A stretch of DNA of 63,074 nt, filler included, from Craspedostauros australis (Eukaryota), in NCBI GenBank assembly GCA_030167865.1. It is 14 parts of 14 records of this genome, joined end to end, with 100 filler letters (N's around TTAATTAATTAA, not from the genome) between each part and the next. Parts side by side here need not be neighbours in the genome. Positions count along the whole stretch, not along the records: positions 1 to 8,694 come from JALAGF010005121.1; positions 8,795 to 14,457 come from JALAGF010005122.1; 12 more parts are not named here. One strand, 5' to 3'. Shown here in pieces: positions 1-11,700 of the stretch. The position numbers and the translations under genes were made by a program. The notes under the pieces were generated by a model that did no database searches, was not told where the DNA came from, and worked only from the letters and a program-made list of their open reading frames with translations. Each line of letters starts with the position of its first letter. The first letter of the stretch is position 1.

Positions 1-1402
1 CATTGCGCCCAACACGCTCGAAGTTCACCTGATACGCCTTTCCTCCTCGCTCAAAGCAGTTATCTGTTGGGGCAAATGCTGTTGATGCAATTGCCATGGT
101 CTTGTCAATGTGACACTTGTGATGCACAGCATGGTCAACAGGCTTAACTCCCATCTGGGGCACATGTTTGAGATGCCTGCAAGCGACAATAGAGTAGAAC
201 CACTTTTCGTCCATGTGGACAAGGACAACTTGCGTATTCTCGAACAGCTTCGCTGATTCCCAGAANNNNNNNNNNNNNNNNNNNNNNNNNNNNNNNNNNN
301 NNNNNNNNNNNNNNNNNNNNNNNNNNNNNNNNNNNNNNNNNNNNNNNNNNNNNNNNNNNNNNNNNNNNNNNNNNNNNNNNNNNNNNNNNNNNNNNNNNNN
401 NNNNTTTCCGCTGCCTGCCAGTTTCCATGCAATTCTGTCCCACGAGATTGCGCCATTGCACTGTCGCAACACATCCTGGAGCTCAAATTGCAGGAAGGGA
501 CCACGCTTCAACCACAAATCAGCCAGTGCTTTTGCGGATGCCAGCTCTTGAGGCGAAGCAGAGGCATAGGCAGAAGCGATTTCGTCGTTCTTGAACTGTT
601 GGTCTGGATGTTGAAGACGTAGTTGTTTCGCAAAGGCTGTACGCTGCGTGAAGTACTGTCGTTGCTTGGTGGGGCAGGTGAAGATGCTGCTGCCTGTGTC
701 GCTTCGCTTCTTGCATTCGAGCGTCTCTGTTTGGAATTTCACAATGTTGCGTCTCACTGTGGTGCGGTCGATACCCCATGCATGGGCGATCAACTCTGCA
801 TGTGCTGGAATCCCACCCAAATTGAAATAGAGAACAGTGTAGTTCCGATTGTCTTCTTTGTCAAGGCGTTTGCTAGGATTACCAGCCTTAGCAATACTAC
901 ACCCTCCATCCTTTCGCAACCATCCTTTTGTTTTCGCGCCTTTCTTCATGTGCTTCGTGAGCTGGGCGATTGCTGTTGCTTTCTGACGCCGCGAGACCTC
1001 GAGAAAAGCGGCGATTTTGGCGTCTTGCGATTCTGTGGTAGTTGGGGATGGTGTGGTGGGCTTAGCCTTGTTGTTGGTACGCGTGGCAGCGACGGAGCGA
1101 TGCTGGGGAGAAAGGAGGGAAGGCTTAGCAAGGCCACCAGCAGTGCGAGTCCGCGCGAAGGTAGCGAGGCTGTGTGGTGCGCACAGATCCTCACGAACAA
1201 CATACATTCGGCTCTGCCCCATCACTGGGGTCACCATGACCATTGCCACCTCTCCTGGTGCAAGAGGCCCATCACGTTTGATTGTAGCACCGTCCGTGGT
1301 CTGCTTCATTGCAAACTCAACATGACATACGCCCAGGTCATGGATCTTGCCACTTGCGCTCTGGTGGGGTGCCACCTTCACACAGTCACCAGCGCGCAGC
1401 AT
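1..1402 (-). CDS. Tc1/mariner-superfamily (plant/stramenopile mariner-like) transposase, 3'-truncated by the window edge
   Basis: Manual translation from ATG at 1402 is open to position 1, and both sides of the 266-404 gap are in the same frame. It is absent from the ORF track because no stop lies inside the window. It contains an HTH-like LIAHAWGIDRTTVRRNI, then KKRSDTG, GAISWDRIA, the first catalytic motif VVLVHMDEKWFY and HKCHIDKTM. Confidence 0.85.
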   Translation of the reverse strand, partial: MLRAGDCVKVAPHQSASGKIHDLGVCHVEFAMKQTTDGATIKRDGPLAPGEVAMVMVTPVMGQSRMYVVREDLCAPHSLATFARTRTAGGLAKPSLLSPQHRSVAATRTNNKAKPTTPSPTTTESQDAKIAAFLEVSRRQKATAIAQLTKHMKKGAKTKGWLRKDGGCSIAKAGNPSKRLDKEDNRNYTVLYFNLGGIPAHAELIAHAWGIDRTTVRRNIVKFQTETLECKKRSDTGSSIFTCPTKQRQYFTQRTAFAKQLRLQHPDQQFKNDEIASAYASASPQELASAKALADLWLKRGPFLQFELQDVLRQCNGAISWDRIAWKLAGSGXXXXXXXXXXXXXXXXXXXXXXXXXXXXXXXXXXXXXXXXXXXXXXXFWESAKLFENTQVVLVHMDEKWFYSIVACRHLKHVPQMGVKPVDHAVHHKCHIDKTMAIASTAFAPTDNCFERGGKAYQVNFERVGRN

Positions 1403-1849
1403 GCTTGCAAGGTGAAGAGTTCAGTGGTTGCAGGATGGTGTGTGCTGTGTTGATGGAGGCTGCAGTTGAGTTGAAAGGCGCGTCGCAACACACACCAGAA
1501 ACACGAGGACAGCGACAAAGCGCATCGCATCATCAGCCATCAACGCACAGCACGGCGCGGCGCATCACAAGGGGCATGGGCAACATTGGATGGTCACAAG
1601 GTGCATTGTATCGTCCGCTCTCCCATGTGGAGAGTCACAGTCATTCTACATTGTTGTACAAGCAATGGCTACAAGCAGCCGAGAATCAACAGCAGCTCGT
1701 CCCAGATGCGCATTGTTTCCGTTGCGCACTTTGTGACGATAGTTTTGGTGTTGTGGAGTGGAGGCGAAATTCGGGACTCGAAAAGTGTTCCCATTGATGG
1801 GCACATTCGGTAGAATTGTGGTTAATCTCCATGGCCCCCAACAGCAAAA

Positions 1850-3093
1850 ACTGTTTGAGAACACCAAACACAACACAACAACACGACAATGGAGAAACAC
1901 AACAAAACTCCTCAAGCGCCGTCGAACGGCATCATCGGCGCCGCGATAACCATCGGTCCATTGCAAGATCCGAGGGCATAGGCAGAAACTCCATGTAAAG
2001 CTTGGTGGATGAGCGAGAGGGGGATGCCATCGTGGTTGATTTGGGACCGTGGCAGGCCCACGCGCACAAGGCACGATTCGGAGGAAAATCTGCTCGTTGG
2101 ATATGGTCTCTGCCTGGAATGCACAGGCCATCCCAACGACCATGGATGGGCAAGACGCATCCAAGAGGATACGATTAAGATGAACACGAAGTTTGAGGGT
2201 CGGGGATGGCCTGGAAGGCGCCCTCCGCAAGAAACAAGTGGAGGGCAAGAGTTTTTTGGTGGGTGGCGGCGGACACATCACGTGACTTCGCCAGTGATGG
2301 GTGCCATTGACAAGTCACCCAAATCGCCAAGGTACCCATTCAAGATGTGTCCAGAATCAACTCAAGATGGCCATGTCCAAGTATCCTGCGCAGATACGGT
2401 CTGGAAGAGGCTGCAAGGTGGGATGCACACAAAATGGTGTTTTTTGGGTGTCGGAAAAACTCCATGGTGGCATCATCACATGGAGATGTACCTTTGGAGG
2501 TACGAACTCCCCACCCATTATGAACACATCAGTTTGTCGCCAGAGAATGTGGGAACGCATGAGGGGCATGTGGAGGAGCTGCAAGGACCGTATCAAGGAG
2601 ATACGGATCCAAATATGAACGGCATCCGTGTCGGAATCCGGTGTTCGAAAATTCTGCTTTTCAGTGCAGGGACAGTTTGGAGTATGAGATGAGCCTATCT
2701 GCGCAGGATCTTCATGGAGTGGATAGATGGGGGGTATCCGGAGCCAATGTGATGCGTGGATTGCGAAAATGCCAGGGATGATAATGATGATCATGGGTGA
2801 TGAAGGTAGGGCAGCATGGTGCCATCGAGAATTTTTCGCACCCACCACCTGACTGACAGCAAGCCAAAACGACATTAAAAATAAANNNNNNNNNNNNNNN
2901 NNNNNNNNNNNNNNNNNNNNNNNNNNNNNNNNNNNNNNNNNNNNNNNNNNNNNNNNNNNNNNNNNNNNNNNNNNNNNNNNNNNNNNNNNNNNNNNNNNNN
3001 NNNNNNNNNNNNNNNNNNNNNNNNNNTTTAGTCTACTTTATCACGACTCATCACGAGTAAAACTCAAAAAACACTCCACAACTAGTGTTATCG
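1850..3093. repeat. Dispersed repeat, probably the non-coding 5' subterminal region of the mariner-like element; homologous to 34990-36709
   Basis: Colinear similarity blocks are shared with the 34974-36779 scaffold (gccgtcgaacgg...ggcgccgc, gtctggaaga.gctgca, cttcatggagtggatag.tggggggtat, gtgccatcga). Both regions end in an identical 21-mer, ACTCCACAACTAGTGTTATCG. Confidence 0.65.
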
Positions 3094-4126
3094 TGAGTGC
3101 ATCAACTGCGACCTGGACCTCGTAATCCAAGTACCGGACGGTCCTGGATATGACCCACGGTAGCCAATGACCGTACGACCACGGCAGGATTTTGAAAAAA
3201 TGGGCTCCTATAGAGACTATAATTTAACCATATATACTTCAACACATTGTTAATAAGTTAGAAGTGTTAAACAGTGAGTCCAGGCCTTGGTTATAAACTT
3301 ATGATGGCGTCAGCCTAGCGTTTTAGAGGCAAAACGTGATGCAAGCGGCCAGAATTCTCTTTTTGAAGGGCTCTTGTCACGACACGTGGAACCCATTTCT
3401 GTCTGGTTTTCGATTTCTTTGTGTTCTGCTTGGTGGGACCCTCGATTTGGAACAAAATGAAGTGCTGATTTGGACGTTACGGACGTTAATTCCAGTCGAA
3501 ACTGTGATGACGTGATTCTTCTTGTCGTTAAGTGCGATGTGATGTCGCATGTTCCATGTTGAGTGACATCGTCAAGCCCATGAGTGGTTGGACAGACTTT
3601 TTATTTGATGTCTTCGTCTCACTTGGTCCAGATCGATACTGATTCTCACGGGTGTTTTGGGTCGCAGAAGCATGTTTGCCAATCCGTTTCGAAAGTGTGT
3701 TTTTGGGACGCTCGTCGTGCGATGAAAATGAAATCAACTGCATTTGCGTTTTGCATCGCGTGTCGCCACACAACACGGCGGAGAGTCTGGCGTTGCTAAT
3801 AGAGGATTGTCGCATTCAGCTCCCCCAGTCCCGAGCAGTCCCACAAGGGAGTCATAACCTGATAGAGACACTTTTCGAGGGGTGGGATGCGAACTTCCCA
3901 CTCCACGAGCTGAATTGATTTCAGTTCCGACGCTCTGAACTGAAATGATCTCAGCTCGTGGATTCCTGGCAAAATTATCACTTACACGCGGAAATAAACT
4001 TGTAGCCAATCCTGATGCCTTAATTCGTATTGATTTTGATCGTTCTTGTCGTCTCCATGGCTCTATTTGTGTGGCTGGGGTGCCTCGTCTGCGTTCGATC
4101 TGAAACAACGACATCAACGAGAGACA

Positions 4127-4251
4127 CCACATCACGTCGCATCACAGCACGTCGCAGCACAACACGTCGGAGCACGGCACGTCGCACCACATCACAGCAC
4201 ATCACAGCACATCACAGCACATCACATCACAGCACATCACATCACATCACA
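4127..4251. repeat. Pentanucleotide microsatellite (CACAT/CACAG/CACGT)n
   Basis: Direct reading: acatcacagcacatcacagcacatcacatcac... Confidence 0.9.
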
Positions 4252-4414
4252 TAAATCCTCTTTCCTCCGCAGCATCCCCATCCTCATCACCCCACCTCCA
4301 CTTCACCTCTGTCCCTTTGTGTCATCAACATCCACTCGCAACAGCCAAGTCTTTCTCACCATCGCTTGCTGTGTGTGTTCATGCACAATCCGTGAGACAT
4401 CAGCTGCTTCCATC

Positions 4415-6521
4415 ATGGATCCATCTCATCTTTTCCATCATTCCTCCACCCCTCGCCTCGATGACAACAGCAACCATCCAGCTGGGACTGGGGCACAACC
4501 TCCTCTGCCATCCACCTTCATCCTCCAACCTCGTTCCTATGCCAACGATGTGAAGCCGCCACCAGACTTCACGAGGTGCGCCAGAGTCTCCACTTTGGCG
4601 GAGCCTCCACAGGATGCAGGCGCGACCTCCGCAGACCACCATGACAGCGAACTCCGCATGATGGCCTTCACCAACGAGCGTCCCTCCACAGGACCGCCAC
4701 ACACCATGCCAAGCAAGAAGAAGATAGCCTACCGTCGCAAGAAGCCACCACCTTCTCGTGGCTCCACCTCCAAAACTGCGGCAGTCGACAGCAAACAGAA
4801 GCAGAGCCAGTCATCAAATTCTCTCTCCACCACTGTCCAAAGAAGTTCATCACGCTTCTCTCCAATGTACTACGACCACAAGGGCAAGGTGGACTACTTC
4901 CCTTGGCTTGAATCTCCACAACCCTGCNACCGAATCCTTGTGGCTGAGGTGACAGAGCTTCCACAGAAGCCATGGATACCACCATTTGGTATAGCATGGA
5001 AGATCATCTGCAACGCCGTCCACAAGCGGAACTCGTCAGTGTTTCCGACGGTGCCAAACGAGCCATCGTTGTCCAATCGGTTCACAAACCTGATGAATTT
5101 CACTGCAAAATTCCTGAGAACTTCCCCGAGCCGCAGTGGCATGGCCGAGAACGTCAAGCAGTGGCTGGACGAGCTCACCTTCCTCCAGCAGCAGCAACAA
5201 GACTACATTGAGGATGCCATCNNNNNNNNNNNNNNNNNNNNNNNNNNNNNNNNNNNNNNNNNNNNNNNNNNAGAGCCAGTCATCAAATTCTCTCTCCACC
5301 ACCGTCCAAAGAAGTTCATCACGCTTCTCTCCAATGTACTACGACCACAAGGGCAGGGTGGACTACTTCCCTTGGCTTGAATCTCCACAACCCTGCGACC
5401 GAATCCTTGTGGCTGAGGTGACAGAGCTTCCACAGAAGCCATGGATACCACCATTTGGTATAGCATGGAAGATCATCTGCAAGGCCGTCCACAAGCGGAA
5501 CTCGTCAGTGTTTCCGACGGTGCCAAACGAGCCATCATTGTCCAATCGGTTCACAAACCTGATGAATTTCACTGCAAAATTCCTGAGAACTTCCCCGAAC
5601 CGCAGCGGCATGGCCGAGAACGTCAAGCAGTGGCTGGACGAGCTCACCTTCCTCCAGCAGCAGCAACAAGACTACATTGAGGATGCCATCACCTCTGCAC
5701 GTCGAACATCAGGACGGAAGCGCATCTCGAGCAAACAAATGGCTTGCATGCTCGGCCGGCGCCCACCCCAGACAAAAGAGGAGGCTGCCGAAACCGCACG
5801 CAAAAGGAAAGCAGCAGTCATCAACACCAAAGCTGCATCTCTCCCTGTGTCCTCCAAGGAAACACAATCTGCAAAAACTCCCCACGCAAGCGCACAACAG
5901 CAGATGCAGCACACTGTCAGCCTGCTCGAGAAGCTGGACAGAACACACAACCAGTTTGCAGCATGGATGCATCAGGCAATGCCTCTGTCTCCTGCGCAAT
6001 CTGGGCGACATCCCATCATGGCTGCATGGCCTGTCGCTTCCACTACGGTACCACCTGCGGAGGCAATGGTGTCCATCCACAACCACAGCAACAACGACCA
6101 CAGCAACAACGACCACAGCAACAACAACCACAGCAACAACAACCACAGCAACAACAACCACAACAACAACAATGACAACAACAATGACAACAACAATGAC
6201 AACAACAATGACAACAACGACAACAACAACAACAACAACAACAACAACGACAAATTCCTGCAGTTAATTCTGAATCAGCAAGAGCTGATGCGCGACATGA
6301 GCCGCCGCCAGGAGGAGGATCGCAACTGTCTGCAGCAAGAGACATCGCAGTTGCGATTCGCACAAGAGAGGATCTTGTCAGATATGAGGTCTCTTGTGGA
6401 CCTCATCACCAACAACAAGACCAACAGCAGCAACAGCAACAGCAACGACCACCACGACGGCCACCCCTTCGACAGTCACTGCGATGGCGACGCCAACAGC
6501 AACAGCAACCAACAAACCTGA
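4415..6521 (+). CDS. Harbinger accessory Myb/SANT-like (trihelix) DNA-binding protein with Asn-rich low-complexity tail
   Basis: Contains DRILVAEV...PW...AWKIICKAV...LSNRFTNLM...SG, a helical pattern typical of Harbinger ORF2, then a coiled-coil and (AAC)n tract at ~6080-6250. The segment 4803-5221 is repeated at 5272-5690 across a 50-N gap; removing one copy gives a single ORF from ATG 4415. Confidence 0.75.
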
Positions 6522-6599
6522 CCCTCGCCAACGCATTCCTTTCCATCGACTGCGCATTTCTCTTTTTGCTGTCCACGCTGCTGTACGTGTCATCATACA

Positions 6600-7160
6600 C
6601 CATCCCATCCATTCAGTTTCCCTCAACTGATCCATTCATCCCTCCACATCTCCGTCAGGCGTTTCATCCTTTCTTGCGCTCATCCACGCATTCATCCATC
6701 ACTCCTCCACTTATCCATTGATCCATCGATCTATCCTCCCATCCATCCATCGGCCCGTCCATCTATTCACTCATCCATCCATCCATTTACTCATCCATTC
6801 TCCCATCCATCCATCCATCCACCTCTCCATCCATCCACCTCTCCATCCATCAGCTCGTCCATCCATTCACTCATCCATCCATCCACCTCTCCATCCACTG
6901 GCTCGTCCATTTATTCACTCATCCATTCTCCCATCCATTCTCCCATCCATCCATCCACCTCTCCATCCACCCATCCATGCACTATTCCATCCATCCATGC
7001 AGCCATCGATCCATTCATCCACCCATACACCCATGCATGCAAGGATTGATCTGTGCATAACATAGTGAATTTATCTATCCATGAACCCATCTATCCATGC
7101 ATCCATCTGTGCGATCGCCCCTCCATGCGCTCGTGCATCCATCCGTCCATGCACTCGTCC
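6600..7160. repeat. Degenerate (CCAT)n tetranucleotide tract between the two Harbinger genes
   Basis: Direct reading: ccatccatccatccacctctccatccat... Confidence 0.9.
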
Positions 7161-7427
7161 ATCCGTTGCAAGGAGCATCCGCTACAGCATGCGAATCAAT
7201 GCGCAAAGTGGAGGTGGCGAAACAAAGCGAATGTTGCTGGCAGCCAAAATTGGTGCGCATGCCGATGTGCGCATGCAATCATCCTTGCGCGGAATCTTGG
7301 ACGCCGACGAACTATTTGACGACGACGCACACAACTGCACATGTAGGCATGGAAATAGTACATGCATAGTGCAATATCTAATTCATATTTTATGTACTAA
7401 ACCGCCTCCGTCGACCTCTCTGTGCGT

Positions 7428-8687
7428 CTATGGGATGAGATTGATGTACTCTTCAAATGTGAGCTTGTGAGAATGGTATCTTGCGGATTGCTGATTTCCA
7501 TTCATGGTGCAATGAATGTTGGCGAGAAAGGCGACGATGTAGTGGATGAGAGTGAGAGGATTCTGCAGAGTCTTGTTGACGCTACGAACAGTCACCAAAG
7601 GGAAATTCTTGGTGATCTCCTTGAACGCCCACTCAACACAGATGCGTCCCGATGCCATGTCCTTGTTGCACTGCGCCTCTGATGATCCAGGGACGGTGTG
7701 TTTGAATGCACTGAAAATGTATGGCGTATTGGGATACGCAGGGTCGCCATATAGCCGGAGAGGCGGATTGTTCTCGTCCATGGGCATCAATACTTCCAGG
7801 TCCTCCTCAACGTGGCTTTGAGAGAACATGTATCCATCACCGCGAGCACCTGCAATTGGCCCAAAGTAGTGGATGAACAAACCATCTGGCGCAACGATGG
7901 CCTGATAGTGCAAACCATGCCCACGTTTGTAGCCAGAGTATAGGTCTTTTTGATTCTCCTTGGGACGACATGTTTCCCAGAAGGTACCATCGACATAACC
8001 GAACACATCATCTACCAAACCGTGGGTGAGACGATGGTTGTTCTGTGCATAATCAGGAAAACGAGGATGAAATAAACCGATGTTGCTCAGGTATGGCTTG
8101 GCGATGGCATAGAAGTAGGAGTAGAAAGTAGAGACGATGCTGGATATGCGGGTGCTGTCCATGCTGAATCTAGCTTCCATGTCCCACAGTCGTCCACGAT
8201 GTGCAAGACGGTACAGCATGAGCAGCAATCCCATTTCGTATGATACGGTGTATCTGTTCTTCACTTGAATGCAAGCAGGGTCATTCTCACCGGACACTGC
8301 CTGATACTTTGGCCAGAGACGGTCGGCCAAGCGTTGGAGGTAGCACACTCGGAAGCGGAAGTGAGGAACAGCTCCGGTGTCCTCCAATTCTGCGATGGCG
8401 ATGTTGTGATTAGTGTGTAGAGGAGGAGGACCCAATGGACCGAGATAAAGCTGCTGCATCTCCAGCACATGGCAGCCTAATGCGATGACGTTGCCATAGT
8501 GCTGCAGGAGTATGGCAGCGCCAGCGGGATCCAGACCCTGCCAATCAATCTGCGAAAGCTCGGTTACAGCCTCCACAAATCTGCGATTGGCTTCCTCCAA
8601 AGCCTGCCTCTCAGGGAGAGTGTTCCAAGTTCGTAGCACCATGGGGGTGATTCTGAGAATGGCTAGTGGGCGAGAACGAGTGTGCAT
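7428..8687 (-). CDS. PIF/Harbinger (HARBI1-like, DDE_Tnp_4) transposase
   Basis: Uninterrupted 419-aa ORF with HFRFR, LLMLYRLA, an HTH region, FGYVDGT (D1), YSGYKRGHG, LYGDPAY (D2) and RICVEWAF (E), with 36 residues between D2 and E. Confidence 0.95.
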   Translation of the reverse strand: MHTRSRPLAILRITPMVLRTWNTLPERQALEEANRRFVEAVTELSQIDWQGLDPAGAAILLQHYGNVIALGCHVLEMQQLYLGPLGPPPLHTNHNIAIAELEDTGAVPHFRFRVCYLQRLADRLWPKYQAVSGENDPACIQVKNRYTVSYEMGLLLMLYRLAHRGRLWDMEARFSMDSTRISSIVSTFYSYFYAIAKPYLSNIGLFHPRFPDYAQNNHRLTHGLVDDVFGYVDGTFWETCRPKENQKDLYSGYKRGHGLHYQAIVAPDGLFIHYFGPIAGARGDGYMFSQSHVEEDLEVLMPMDENNPPLRLYGDPAYPNTPYIFSAFKHTVPGSSEAQCNKDMASGRICVEWAFKEITKNFPLVTVRSVNKTLQNPLTLIHYIVAFLANIHCTMNGNQQSARYHSHKLTFEEYINLIP

Positions 8688-8738
8688 GCAATGGNNNNNN
8701 NNNNNNNNNNNNNNNNNNNNNNNNNNNNNNNNNNNNNN

Positions 8739-8750
8739 TTAATTAATTAA
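8739..8750. other. Artificial scaffold linker TTAATTAATTAA (first of 13)
   Basis: Six-frame-stop 12-mer embedded in N runs, starting at 8739, 14502, 16548, 19392, 21182, 30635, 32471, 34918, 36824, 41920, 44725, 46259 and 60367. Confidence 0.97.
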
Positions 8751-8794
8751 NNNNNNNNNNNNNNNNNNNNNNNNNNNNNNNNNNNNNNNNNNNN

Positions 8795-11700
8795 AAGAGT
8801 GTCCTGCTGTCGGACGTCCAGGGCCTCATGTTGTAACTCTCCCTCTCGATACGTTGTGTGAGAAGGGAGTCCCTGAGGTGAGGCACACCGTCACCAACCC
8901 ATCAACAGCTTCCTGAGCTTGATGAATAGGTCGTGGGCAAGTCCCTTCGTGAAGATGTCGGCGACTTGATCTGTGCTGGCCACGTACTTGATGACGATGA
9001 AGGACTGTTTCACCCAGTACCAGAAGNNNNNNNNNNNNNNNNNNNNNNNNNNNNNNNNNNNNNNNNNNNNNNNNNNATTGTCAAATTGGACTAATCCGAT
9101 TACAAGGAAACTCCGAAGAGTGTCCTGCTGTCGGATGTCCAAGGCCTCATGTTGTAACTCTCCCTCTCGATACGTTGTGTGAGAAGGGAGTCCCTGAGGC
9201 GAGGCACACCGTCACCAACCCATTAACAGCTTCCTGAGCTTGATGAATAGGTCGTGGGCAAGGCCCTTCGTGAAGATGTCGGCGACTTGATCTGTGCTGG
9301 CCACGTACTTGATGACGATGAAGGACTGTTTCACCCAGTACCAGAAGAAGTGATACTTGATGAGATAGTGCTTCGTGCGCNCTGTGACCTGATGGTTGTT
9401 GGCCAGNNAAATACAAGCGTTGTTGTCCTCAAACACCGTGCATTTGATGCCGGCCTCCAATTCTTGGTCCAAGTCCATTGCAACGGATATCTCGCGGATG
9501 AGTTGCATGAGCGGGATGACAACGCGCATTGCCTGTGAGAGCGCCGCATACTCCGCTTCCATCGTAGAGAGGGCAATCTCTGTCTGAAGTTTCGACTTCC
9601 AGACAAGAGGACAGCCCCCAAGCTCGATGATGTAGCCTGTTCGAGATCGTGCTGCGTTGATTGAGCGATGGTCCTCACATCGATATAACCCACCGAAATC
9701 GGCATCCACATAGCAAGTCAGCTGCAGTCTCCCAGTTGGCTTGATGATCGTGCCTCGATCGGATGTACCAGCTAGGTATCGCACCAGCGTCTTCATGGCC
9801 TTGGCGTGTGTGCGCTTGGGATCATTGCTGAATCGGGCGAGCTGGGATACTGCGAAAGCGATGTCTGGGCGTGTATTGGTTGCCAGGTAGAGTAGCATAC
9901 CTACCACGGAGCGGTAGTTCCAGTCTTCCGAATATGGCGGCTCGTGATCGTCGGCTCCAAGAGCTTGCTGGATGGTTGGCGTGGCATTCGGTTTACACTT
10001 CTGCATGCCAACCGTGTCGATGACCTTCTTGATGAGTCCGCGTTGAAGCATGTGCACCGTGCCTGCTTTTGGATCGTGAACCAGTTGGATGCCCAGGAAT
10101 TCGGTGAAAGAGCCTTCCTTTTTCAGTTCAAATCCACGGTTGCGCATGGAAGCAATGAATGCCTCCGCCTCCTGCTCGGTCTTGGATGCTATCCCAGCGT
10201 CATCCNNNNNNNNNNNNNNNNNNNNNNNNNNNNNNNNNNNNNNNNNNNNNNNNNNGATCGTGCTGCGTTGATTGAGCGATGGTCCTCACATCGATATAAC
10301 CCACCGAAATCGGCATCCACATAGCAAGTCAGCTGCAGTCTCCCAGTTGGCTTGATGATCGTGCCTCGATCGGATGTACCAGCTAGGTATCGCACCAGCG
10401 TCTTCATGGCCTTGGCATGTGTGCGCTTGGGATCGTTGCTGAATCGGGCGAGCTGGGATACTGCGAAAGCGATGTCCGGGCGAGTATTGGTTGCCAGGTA
10501 GAGTAGCATACCTACCACGGAGCGGTAATTCCAGTCTTCCGAATATGGCGGCTCGTGATCGTCGGCTCCGAGAGCTTGCTGGATGGTTGGCGTGGCATTC
10601 GGTTTACACTTCTGCATGCCAACCGTGTTGATGACCTTCTTGATGAGTCCGCGTTGAAGCATGTGCACCGTGCCTGCTTTTGGATCGTGCACCAGTTGAA
10701 TACCCAGGAACTCGGTGAAAGAGCCTTCCTTCTTCAGTTCAAATCCACGGTTGCGCATGGAAGCAATGAATGCCTCCGCCTCCTGCTCGGTCTTGNNNNN
10801 NNNNNNNNNNNNNNNNNNNNNNNNNNNNNNNNNNNNNNNNNNNNNGTCGATGACCTTCTTGATGAGTCCGCGTTGAAGCATGTGCACCGTGCCTGCTTTT
10901 GGATCGTGCACCAGTTGAATGCCCAGGAATTCGGTGAAAGAGCCTTCCTTCTTCAGTTCAAATCCACGGTTGCGCATGGAAGCAATGAATGCCTCCGCCT
11001 CCTGCTCGGTCTTGGATGCTATCCCAGCNNNNNNNNNNNNNNNNNNNNNNNNNNNNNNNNNNNNNNNNNNNNNNNNNNNNNNNNNNNNNNNNNNNNGAAA
11101 GCCTTCAGCGGTCAGTGCCTTCAGCAGGTGTTCGTACCACAAGCGTGGAGCGATGTTGAGGCCATAAAGACTTTTGTTGAGTCTGAGACAGGTGTTGCGA
11201 CCGTTGGTGGAATGGAATCCCCGAGGAAGGTGTAGGAACACAGGCTTGTGTATCTTTGCCTGCGCGAATGCATTGGAGAAGTCGATGGAGATTGTAGACC
11301 AGTTCATGATGGTGGAAATGATGAGGAAGGTTCGTACCGACGACCAAGCNNNNNNNNNNNNNNNNNNNNNNNNNNNNNNNNNNNNNNNNNNNNNNNNNNN
11401 NNNNNNNNNNNNNNNNNNNNNNNNNNNNNNNNNNNNNNNNNNNNNNNNNNNNNNNNNNNNNNNNNNNNNNNNNNNNNNNNNNNNNNNNNNNNNNNNNNNN
11501 NNNNNNNNNNNNNNNGTGCCTTTGCTGATGAGTTCCCGAATCTCGGCTTCAGCTGCTTGCATCCATTGCGCTTTATCGTTGTCACGCATGGCTTCGTCGA
11601 ATGATAGGGTATCAGGGTCACTGCTGGAAGCTTTGCAGATGATGGCTGTGTTGGCAAGGNNNNNNNNNNNNNNNNNNNNNNNNNNNNNNNNNNNNNNNNN

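Larger units (their letters stand above)
4415..8687. mobile_element. PIF/Harbinger DNA transposon (convergent Myb/SANT-like gene plus DDE transposase); termini not identified
   Basis: Two-gene convergent layout typical of Harbinger; see the two CDS entries. Confidence 0.85.

Noticed and set aside
623..1453. 276-aa plus-strand ORF and other long antisense ORFs (for example 17163-18182, 25938-26903, 57602-58546)
   Set aside because: They are shadows of real coding sequence on the opposite strand and carry no recognisable motifs.
3100..4100. Left TIR and TSD of the Harbinger element
   Set aside because: The right end is lost at the scaffold boundary, so no inverted pair can be verified.
4803..5690. 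Apparent tandem duplications flanking ~50-N gaps (also in 8795-13740, 15310-15640, 33980-34515, 35672-36460, 42780-42951, 62325-62442)
   Set aside because: These are systematic contig-end overlaps from unmerged haplotypes or repeat copies, not evidence of real domain duplication.
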